In this document: in pieces, positions 1 through 9,019 of the stretch
How positions within the stretch are numbered: position 1 is the first letter of the stretch
How the letters are laid out: the number at the start of each line of letters is the position of its first letter
Assembly (NCBI RefSeq): GCF_001194135.2
Contig: NC_068988.1
Span: 71,780,693 to 71,821,930, forward strand
Direction: 5' to 3'
Source of the DNA: Octopus bimaculoides
Taxonomy: Eukaryota
Length of the DNA: 41,238 nt
The notes under the pieces: model-generated
What the model was told of the DNA's origin: nothing
Seen by the model: the letters and a program-made list of their open reading frames with translations, nothing else
Databases searched by the model: none
Made by a program: the position numbers and the translations under genes

Positions 1-42
1 TGTGTGTGTGTGTGTGTGTGTGTCTGTGTGTGTGTGTGTGTG
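1..42. repeat. (TG)n microsatellite
   Basis: Directly visible; probably the internal TG tract of the SINE interrupted by the transposon at 45. Confidence 0.95.
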
Positions 43-44
43 TA

Positions 45-1267
45 TAAGGTGCGTAAGGCATTTGAGGACATACCTCTTTTGGGTCATTGGTGCATTTTTT
101 GCTAACTCTGTATAATTTTTGTTTCAGAAAATAATAATGGCAGATCCTAACCTTCCTCAAGAAATGAAGAGGCATGCTGTTATTGTGGTTATAGAGACCG
201 AGCATAGCAATTTAGAAATATCCTGATTTTTAAAAGTCTACAAAGTCTGTAATGAGCTAAGGACTGAAGATGGAAACGTATCATCAGTATCAAAGCATAA
301 AAAGCATTCTAAACACTCTGAAATCATCAGAACACCTGAATTTATCCAACAAGTTCAACAGACCATTGATTGCAATTCCAGAAAGTCCATGAGGTCAATT
401 GCAAAAGATCTCCATGTGTCAGAAGGAACAGTCAAAAATGTTGTCCACGAAGACATCAGATATAAGTCTTATACGATGAGAAAAGGTCAATTTGTCAGAA
501 AAAGGAAAAGAAAATCACTACATCAGATCTAAAAGACTCTTAAACAAACTGAAACATCCAGCAGAAGATTTGATTTGTTTTTACTCGGACGAGAAATGTT
601 AATAGAAGAAATGACAGATGGTTATGTGCAGACCCTTCTCAAGTTCCAAGTGTTATGCAGACAAAATTTCCTGCAACTGTCATAGTTTTAGGGGTTGTCA
701 GCAACGAAGGACATGTGATACCTCCTTATTTCTTTCCACAAGGATTTAGAGTAAACTCTGCCGCCTACATTGAGATCCTGAAAATAATTATTAAGCCCTG
801 GATGGATAGTGTATGCAATGGAAAGCCACATATGTTTCAGTAAGACTCTGCACTATCATACATGGCTCTAGTAACACAGGAATGGATGGCTGAAAATTTT
901 GATGATCACATAACCCCTAACATTTGGCCTCCTAATTCTCCAGATCTCGATCCATTGGACTATTACATGTGGAGCGTTGTTGAGAGAGAGGTCAATGAAC
1001 ACAGCCATAACACCAAAGATTCTTTGAAATCTGCCATACTCAGAGTAATGTCCAAAATAAATCTGGACCACTCGATTCGAGCATGTGGATGATTTAGATC
1101 TCGTATAGAAACAGTTGTTGAAGCTGAAGGTGACTTTGTTGAATATTATGATAGAAAAAAGGTTTATCTTTATTCCCACAGCATTTTTTTATTAATAAAG
1201 TTATCTGTTATTAAATATCTGTTATTTTATAAACATAAATCTGTCCTCAAATATCGTACGCACCTTG
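45..1267 (+). mobile_element. Tc1/mariner-superfamily DNA transposon, DD37D (maT-like), full-length but inactivated
   Basis: Imperfect TIRs of about 26 bp (taaggtgcgtaaggcatttgaggaca / RC caaggtgcgtacgatatttgaggaca), TA at 43-44 and 1268-1269. Transposase remnant from ATG 137 with FYSDEK, *DSA and WPPNSPDLDPLD; 37 residues between the 2nd and 3rd catalytic D; stops and frameshifts present. Confidence 0.9.
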
Positions 1268-1269
1268 TA

Positions 1270-1470
1270 TTTGTGTGTCTGTGTTTGTGCAATCACCACC
1301 ACTTGACAGCCTATGTTGGTGTGTTTACGTCCCCGTAACTTAGCGGTTTGGCAAAAGAAACCAATAGGCTTAGTACAAGGCTTACAAAGAATCAGTCTTG
1401 GGAGTCGATTTTTTTTACTAAAGGCGGTGGTGCAACATGACTGAAACAAGTAAAAGAGTAAAAGAATAAA
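1270..1470 (+). mobile_element. 3' part of tRNA-derived SINE (family 1)
   Basis: Matches the ...cttgacaaccga...gtaacttagcgg...aaaaga...gactgaaacaagtaaaaga tail seen in other copies in the window (3520-3555; reverse at 25300-25400 and 30535-30760). Confidence 0.75.
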
Positions 1471-1483
1471 GGAATAAAAGAAC

Positions 1484-1494
1484 ACACATGTATG

Positions 1495-1539
<45 letters not shown>

Positions 1540-1703
1540 ACCTACATACACACACAAACATACATATATGTATATATGTATATGTATATATGTAGGTGTA
1601 TCTGTGTGTGTGCACGCGTATGTGTGTGTGTGTGCACGCGTATGTGTGTGTCTATGTGTGTGTGTGTGTGTGTGTGTTTGTGTGTGTGTGAGTGTGTGTG
1701 TGT

Positions 1704-1742
<39 letters not shown>

Positions 1743-1744
1743 TA
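1484..1744. repeat. compound (TG)n/(TA)n microsatellite
   Basis: Directly visible. Confidence 0.95.
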
Positions 1745-1749
1745 TTCTA

Positions 1750-2273
1750 CGATGGTGAGATGAAACGTTCATAGACTCACTATAAAGAAGTGATTCTAAA
1801 TAACTGTATTGGTTCTTAGTTGATATGATAGATAGCAGTACAACGGGTGTAAATGATACCAACCCTTTCCAGTCCCTATTCTTCAATCCATGAGATATAT
1901 CATATGATATGAGCCTTATTTATCGACAACCCTACCCTTCAACAAAAGAGTTTGCATCCCTCAACAGACAAATGACGAAAAAGAAGCACGCTTCACCATA
2001 GCCGGCACTAAAATTCTCCTGATTTGGCCCCATATGACTATCATCTGTTCCCCCAACACCTGGCTGGGACCCAGTGAGGATGACATCATATCTGATGTTG
2101 ATGACTTTTTTTACCAACACGATGAAAGCTTGTTCACCAATGGGATTAAAGCACTGCAACACCGATGGATGAAGTGTGTGGACCGCAAAGGTGACTATGT
2201 TTAAAAATAAACCTCATTTGGTCACATTCATCACTGTACCTTTTCGGCCTATGAACTTCCTAACCGACCCTCG
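1750..2273 (+). mobile_element. internally deleted mariner (DD34D-type) remnant in intron 1 of peptide gene copy A
   Basis: Degenerate TIRs (cgatggtgagatgaaacgttcatag / RC cgagggtcggttaggaagttcatag) and a C-terminal transposase remnant SPDLAPYDYHLFP...RWMKCVDRKGDY at about 2015-2205. The same remnant lies at the same position upstream of exon 2 in copy B. Confidence 0.75.
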
Positions 2274-2345
2274 AATACTATATTTTTTTTTTTTTTTTAC
2301 TAACAGTTCTTAAAATTAATTATTTTCTTTTTTCATATTTCTTAG

Positions 2346-2460
2346 TGTCCGATCTTCTTGACAAGCTCCGTAACTTAGATTTATCTAACGGCTGTGAAAA
2401 GGTATGCTCAGCAATTACCGGAGGATTTTGGGAGTTTCTCTGTCCTACAGCCTGCGGCTT
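2346..2460 (+). CDS. secreted Cys-rich peptide gene copy A, coding exon 2: SDLLDKLRNLDLSNGCEKVCSAITGGFWEFLCPTACG
   Basis: Polypyrimidine tract + ag acceptor at 2344-2345, gtaagt donor at 2461, 115-nt open exon, CX3C-X11-CX3C. Collinear paralog at 32171-32285 has identical length, phases and cysteines. Confidence 0.88.
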
Positions 2461-3156
2461 GTAAGTAGAATCATTTATAAACGTCATACTCTTCTATTAT
2501 TACTAAATATATACCAACCTAACGAAAAATTGCATATTATTAAGTAGAAGGAATGAATGGAAACCTAATGAATTAAAGTTTACTTCAAAAAATTCCGAAA
2601 TTTCCAACTATCCGGAAATTAGAATTATAGTACAATGTCTGACATTTATTTCTGTTAGAGACTGTTGAAAAAAGTTAATTCGCAACGGCTTAGATGCTAT
2701 AGCATATTTGATATAAATGTGTAGAAGATAGAATGTTTAACAACTTTATTATTTGATAACACGCAAATACGAAAGCACAACGTGAAGATGGCAGAAGAGG
2801 AAATAATAGTATACTGAGAGAAAGGGATCACTATTCCTATTTTCGATGGGGTTTGTGATCTCCCGTTTCGGCTTTTGTTGTAATATTCTACCTCTGAGTA
2901 TAGGTAAATACTAATGGTGCCTTTTCAAATTTATTCTTTTATCTCTTCGTCAATATAACTGATGGTAATGGTTGTTGAATATAATTATTTAACTTCAATT
3001 TGGAAATGCTTCTCAGAAAGAATATTAAATGAATATCTGTTGAATAAAATGTTTTCAACGCAAAGATAGCTTTAAATTATTTCGATATTATTTCATTAAT
3101 TATATTTAATTCATTTAAAATTGGTTTTATTATTACATTTTCTTTTATCATTGCAG

Positions 3157-3172
3157 GCTTGTTGGTAATTAA
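3157..3172 (+). CDS. peptide gene copy A, terminal coding exon (L)LVGN-stop
   Basis: ttttcttttatcattgcag acceptor; completes the split codon TT|G; TAA at 3170-3172; paralog has (I)VLGD-stop at the equivalent position. Confidence 0.82.
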
Positions 3173-3203
3173 TGCAGTATGTAAACATATCCTATGTATC
3201 GAA

Positions 3204-3209
3204 AATAAA
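3204..3209 (+). terminator. candidate polyadenylation signal AATAAA for copy A
   Basis: Canonical hexamer about 30 nt after the stop codon, followed by T-rich sequence. Confidence 0.5.
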
Positions 3210-3300
3210 CGATGAGGAGTTATTCGTTTTAATTGTTTTGTTTTCTAATGTCAGCATTATTATTTGTATGTGACCATTATAAATATTTTCACTAACCACT

Positions 3301-3459
3301 TCGTAGGCGTGACTGTGTAGTAAGAAGCTTGCATCGCAACCATATGGTTCCGAGTTCAATCTCATTGCGTGTCACCTTGAACAAGTGTCTTTTACTGTAG
3401 CCTCGGGCCGACCAAAGCTTTGTGAGTGGATTTTGTAGAGAGAAACATGAAGAAGCCCG

Positions 3460-3493
<34 letters not shown>

Positions 3494-3555
3494 ATATGTC
3501 TCTGTGCGTGTGTTTGTCCCTCTACCATCGCTTGACAACCGACGCTGGTGTGTCC
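3301..3555 (+). mobile_element. tRNA-derived SINE (family 1), 3'-truncated by the following insertion
   Basis: Degenerate Pol III A/B boxes, core ...aagtgtcttttactgtagcctcgggccgaccaaagc...gaagaagcccgtcg, internal (TG)n; multiple copies in the window. Confidence 0.8.
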
Positions 3556-3565
3556 CCCCCCCCAG

Positions 3566-4942
3566 CGTTTACCAAATCTTATTTGATATATATTATAATT
3601 AAAATTAGATTGTTCATATTACTAAACTTATTGTTATATTAATCTTTGCATGAGTGTAGCCATACTAGGTCTACCACAGTATTTCACTTCTATTCATACA
3701 CAATAAGCCTAAGAGTAATAATATCTCATGGGAAGTCATCTTCCCCAGTGCCCAAATACGAACTTATACAATATAGAGAGGGGATCAGTTAATATTAAGT
3801 TATTACATTTATGTTCTACAGTGGGGTTGTGTTGTTCCTAAGTAGGTAGGACTAATAGGGTCCATTATAAGTGGAGGTAGACCAGTATGCTGGTTGAAAA
3901 ATTAAATCCAGATTGAAACTAGCACAAACAAGCTTACCCATGGTATAAAAAGTACATAAAAATAAAATTAGCTGCCAGGGAGTTTTAGCATTGGGGTTAG
4001 CCATCATGCCCTCTGTATTCCAAATTAGGTTCATGATTGAAAGAGCTGGCGTTTGTTACAGGGGATGAGTAGTTTATATTAAGGAGGAATGGCTTAATAA
4101 GTATATAATGTAGTTGGTTGTTTTGGGTTGGAGTCGAAGTTAAACTCGGATATGCTGGTGAAGGGATAGAGGTACTGTTATTGGAACACCTGTAAGGGAC
4201 TCAGGTATGTAATACTATTAAACTAGCTTTAATTTAGGAGTTTATATATGCCTTCATTTAATATCAAGGGCTACTATTTCTGTGGTTAGGGCATCTTGGT
4301 GCTATTTTGGGGGATGGTGCAAGGGTTTCTAATGTTATTTATATTTAGCGAAAGTAAACTTCCACTTGTGCAGGCAGGCTGTGTTTCTCTTTAGCCTCAA
4401 GTTCAGTAGTGGGTGTTGTGCCACTAGCATGAAAAAAATTTAATTGATGCAAAGATAACATTTCCTGTTTTTCACATTGTACGAAGGTGCGAAGGCGAGG
4501 ATTTTCCATTCAAACGCGAAACTAGTATACTTATCTTTGAGTTCCCAAATATATTTACTTAATCCGGTCGAATTAATCCTATTTCTATTTCTGAAAGAGA
4601 GTTGGTGTGCGGCTAGTCTACGTTTCATTTCATTTTTGGTAACTCCGATGTATATCTTTTTACTAAACTGTGTTGTGACTGTGCACTGGTAAATTACATC
4701 TTTACTTTTACAGGAATTTCCGAGGGCACAGTTATCCTTATCCCTACAGTCGCATAGATTGTGCTGTGAAGAGAATTACTTTCTGGGGGGATAGTGCTAG
4801 GTCTATTAAGATTAATAGGGTTAATATGGTTCCGAGAGTTCCCTTTACTAAAATCGGGATGGTTATGGAGTTTATTGCTTTCATTCTTACTATTACTGCT
4901 GTCGTTGTTATTGTTGCTTCTATTTAAATAGAAAGTGTCTAG

Positions 4943-5014
<72 letters not shown>

Positions 5015-5670
5015 GGAAATTATGCTGGCTGAGTTGTGCTATGCGTGAGACTATAACCTATCTTTATTGCTCTACTATTAATAAGTTTCGAATACATGCT
5101 ATTCTTATCAAAGCGTTTATTTATAATGTTAAATATTAGCTTAGCTAAATATGCCTTTATTTGCATCGCATATGGGAGTATGAGCCAGTTAATATCTCTT
5201 GATTTACCGGTAATCTTGCCGAACGGCACATGTTTATAGCTGTTAGAGTATTGCGTGTGAGGTATATGCTTATTATAATTAGTTTTATCTAGGCTATGCG
5301 CATTAATACCGCCATTAGTGGTGCTAGTTCTTGGTTTTCGCGGGTAATATTTTGAGTTGTTACCGTGGTTTTCGTGATTAGTGGGTTTATTGGCATCATG
5401 CATCCCTCGTCTAGTTCCCCTCGCTATTCCACTTCTTGTATTTCTGATATTACTATAGTTCTCCTTAGTGTTGTTAATTCCGATCCTGTTAGTGTCGTGA
5501 GCTATAGTTTTCTGTGCTTTATTTCTTAGTTTCGGTGTAATATTGTGGTAGATTCAGTATGGCTACACCCACGCAAGGGTTAATGTAACAATAAGTTTAG
5601 TAATATGAACAATCTAATTTTAATCATAATATAATGTATATTAAGTAAGATTTAGTAAACTGTGGTAGGA
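3566..5670 (-). mobile_element. Penelope-like retroelement derivative (linker + GIY-YIG, no visible RT) bounded by inverted repeats
   Basis: Minus-strand CDCRDKDNCALGNSCKSKDVIYQCTVTTQFSKKIYIGVTKNEMKRRLAAHQLSFRNRNRINSTGLSKYIWELK...CYLC (about 4345-4770); linker WLILPY...KIGYS (5020-5403); inverted repeat of about 110 bp at 3575-3690 / 5540-5660. Confidence 0.75.
4944..5008. repeat. (TAT)n microsatellite
   Basis: Directly visible. Confidence 0.95.
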
Positions 5671-5813
5671 CCCGGAGTTTGTAATCATGTTTGTACTTAG
5701 CAAGTGATTTAACTTATATTCGTTGAACTGTTTGGGTTTTTTGTACTTTTGGCCAGAATGCAGCCAGGAACGTGTAGACATTTACTCGTTCGTCTAGTAT
5801 TACCACTACTTCG

Positions 5814-6692
5814 GGATCTTTTTTAAAACGGGGGCCACATTTTTCATTAACGAAACACTTTGAAACTTGGAACACTGGTAGAATGTGTCATATAAAGCAT
5901 CTTTTTCTCTTAGTCTTCTTTAAAAAAAAAGAAATCCATAAGTTATTCCATGTTAAAGTTGTCGTATTTCTGTAATTTCAACCAATCACTGACGTCCATT
6001 CAGCCGATATACATTAAGTGCCGACTACATAAACAAACGATTCTGAAACAATTAACCCTAACCCTAACCCTAACCCTAACCCTAACCGTAGGGTTAGGGT
6101 TAGGGTTAAAGCAAATTTAAAATGAAAAAAGCAAATAAAACGAAGGTATGGAGATTAAATACGCTTTACATCGCTTAATCAGCCAAAGGAGTAAATATAA
6201 ACAACTGAATACTTGTCAGTGATTGGTTGAAATTAACGAAATAAGACANNNNNNNNNNATTTCTGTAATTTCAACCAATCACTGACGTCCATTCAGCCGA
6301 TATACATTAAGTGCCGACTACATAAACAAACGATTCTGAAACAATTAACCCTAACCCTAACCCTAACCCTAACCCTAACCGTAGGGTTAGGGTTAGGGTT
6401 AAAGCAAATTTAAAATGAAAAAAGCAAATAAAACGAAGGTATGGAGATTAAATACGCTTTACATCGCTTAATCAGCCAAAGGAGTAAATATAAACAACTG
6501 AATACTTGTCAGTGATTGGTTGAAATTAACGAAATAAGACAATTTTTTACATGAAATAAATTCGAATACAAAAATATTTTTCTGTTCTATAACACAAAAT
6601 AGATAAGTATACGAAGTTTGAAAGTCTTTCCGTACCAAAAACACTACGTAAAACATTAATGAAAAATGTGGCCCCCGTTTTAAAATAGATCC
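5814..6692. mobile_element. non-autonomous TIR element (MITE) with internal telomere-type repeats
   Basis: TIRs of about 37 bp (ggatcttttttaaaacgggggccacatttttcattaa vs RC ggatctattttaaaacgggggccacatttttcattaa); 8-bp target duplication CTACTTCG at 5806-5813 and 6693-6700; internal inverted subrepeat aatttcaaccaatcactgac; (TAACCC)5...(GGGTTA)3. About 290 bp is duplicated across a 10-N gap. Confidence 0.85.
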
Positions 6693-7727
6693 CTACTTCG
6701 AAGTATGCTGCCTGTTTAAGCTGTCAGATTTAGCAGTGTATTTCAAAGGTAATTTCTTCTATTATTCACCTCCCCTATCAGTAGTCTCGCCTTAACTGTA
6801 AAAAAAAGTTTATAGACCTATTGGTTGCTAGTATTTATCTTATTTTTATTTTTATTTTGTTATGTTGAGATGGTGTAGAAGGGCATAAGCGACCTCGTGC
6901 TACTTATGACAGCGTCTTCTCCCTAACACCTTTTATTTACTGGTTCATTTTCTTCTTTATTTACGTCTTCACTTGTAACGGTCTAAACTTGCTCTTCATT
7001 TAAATATAACTGACTAATTGTAGAGATGGCTGGACTTTGGTCAGTTCCATTACGGATGACAAGTGGTTGGTCTCTAGAATATCTCAGTAAAAACTTTACG
7101 GGTTTGGTTTGGTTTGGGGTAAATATAATTAGCTCTATTTACGAAATCATAAGTACAATTCTTTTTCTAGACATATTGGCGATTCCTGTTTTACTTTAGC
7201 ACTAGTTTTATTTTACTACTATTTATAGACCTTGGTACCCCTATATAAAGAGATAACCCATAAATCATTTCCCTAGTTCGTTTGTTAGTTCACTCTTTTG
7301 CCTATTGACATAAAGATTCACATTGCAAAATGGTATGATTTTAATATATTGAGCCTTCTGGTTTCTTCTCGAGGTCCTGTTCTGTCCTATTCACTCTCCC
7401 CTCTTCCCTTCGTTTATTTTATTTTACCAATTTGTATTCACTCTGATGAAGCTCCACGTACTAGATGGAATGTGGTATAAAGATGGCGNNNNNNNNNNNN
7501 NNNNNNNNNNNNNNNNNNNNNNNNNNNNNNNNNNNNNNNNNNNNNNNNNNNNNNNNNNNNNNNNNNNNNNNNNNNNNNNNNNNATTATTAAAGCTGCAAA
7601 AACATCACCAGAATATTACCAAAATACCACAAAAATCACAAAAATCTACCTCTGGTATTCGAGTACTAATTTTTCTCACATTGTTTCACATTTATGTACT
7701 TACTCTGATATATAAATAATTTAAAAG

Positions 7728-7783
<56 letters not shown>

Positions 7784-7905
7784 TCGATATGTGCATTTAT
7801 ATGTATATATATGTATATGTATATATATATATGTGTATATATGTATGTGTGTATATATGCATGCGTGTATGTACATGTATATATATATATACATACATAT
7901 GCATA
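7728..7905. repeat. (GATA)n plus (TA/TG)n compound microsatellite
   Basis: Directly visible. Confidence 0.95.
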
Positions 7906-7962
7906 CATGATAGATCGCTGACCACAACATTCAAATTTTTTTCTCCGTGTTTTTCTCCTTAT

Positions 7963-8000
7963 TCTTTCTGTTGAAGAGCGTAGCTCGAAACGTTAAAGAC
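7963..8000 (+). ncRNA. minimal type I hammerhead ribozyme-like motif (variant core CUGUUGA)
   Basis: TCTTT-CTGTTGA-A-GAGC-GTA-GCTC-GAAA-C-GTT-AAAGA: 5-bp stem I, 4-bp stem II, palindromic minimal stem III (AACGTT). A6 is changed to U in the core. Confidence 0.5.
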
Positions 8001-8251
8001 TTTCTCTATTCTCAAGCGTTAAACTAATACATCCTTTTGTTGTTTACACCACCTGTACTCGTCTGTTTTTTTTTCGTAAATTCTCCCATATATATATTTT
8101 AAGCCATAATACATGGGGTCATGTAACTCGTAGTGCTCATAAAAAAAGTTTCTTAATGTACCACCCTACAAAACATGTAGCATATAAAATGCGAAACGAG
8201 AAAACCATAAAGAATGTATAAAGTTATAAATGACAGAGAAATTCTTTGATA

Positions 8252-8282
<31 letters not shown>

Positions 8283-8861
8283 AGAAATAATTTTAGAATC
8301 AGGTATACACATTGTAGTGTACTGTTTAAAGCTCTTTCACAATATCCGGTTACTTGATGTCAACATCCTTATGGGTGTATATGCCACTGGATTTACTTCA
8401 AGAATTGCTTTATTTTATGAGAAAAAAATGGAAATTTATGAGTCTTTTTTTTTCGGAACCATTACGATCGTTTCAACCCATCATGCGCCGGTACCTTGCT
8501 GGCGAGATGTTGTACAAACAGTTGTGATACATCTTATGCCTGGAAGCGTCTCCCCTGATGACTTATCTAAAAGTACTTCGTCTTCTATTTGCGCTTCTCT
8601 TATTTGTGTAACAATATATTTTGATAAGTGTAGCGTACTGTACGTCCTCATAAAGAACTGAGATATAATTAAAAAAATTCTTCTCAATAAAATAAAGTAT
8701 ATGTGTATAAAGAAAATAAGGAATCAAATATACATTGTATCAAAGAAAATGTGACACTCATTTAAAACAAAATATTCATCGATCAGAATAGAACAAAAAT
8801 AGCATCGGACATTTATACTGACGTTTACATTTTCTCAAAACAAATATTGTAGCGTATTCTC

Positions 8862-8872
8862 GTATGTGTATG

Positions 8873-8906
<34 letters not shown>

Positions 8907-9000
8907 TGTACGTATGCATGCATGCATGCATGCATGTATGTACGTATGTATGTATGTATGTATGTATGTATAAGATGTGTGTGTGTGCTCGTGTGTGTGT
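8862..9000. repeat. (TATG)n/(TG)n microsatellite
   Basis: Directly visible. Confidence 0.95.
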
Positions 9001-9019
9001 ATACTAAAGTAATAAAAGC

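Noticed and set aside
1222-1886. ORFs rich in CV/TH/YI repeats (also 7666-7974, 8825-9085, 29536-29960, 34950-35317, 40870-41207)
   Set aside because: Translations of microsatellites; no coding signal.
6053-6109. Head-to-head telomere repeats as a chromosome fusion scar
   Set aside because: Very short and located inside a TIR element with a TSD, so transposon-borne.
6259-6545. Exact tandem copy of 5971-6248
   Set aside because: Identical sequence on both sides of a 10-N gap; most likely an unmerged contig overlap.
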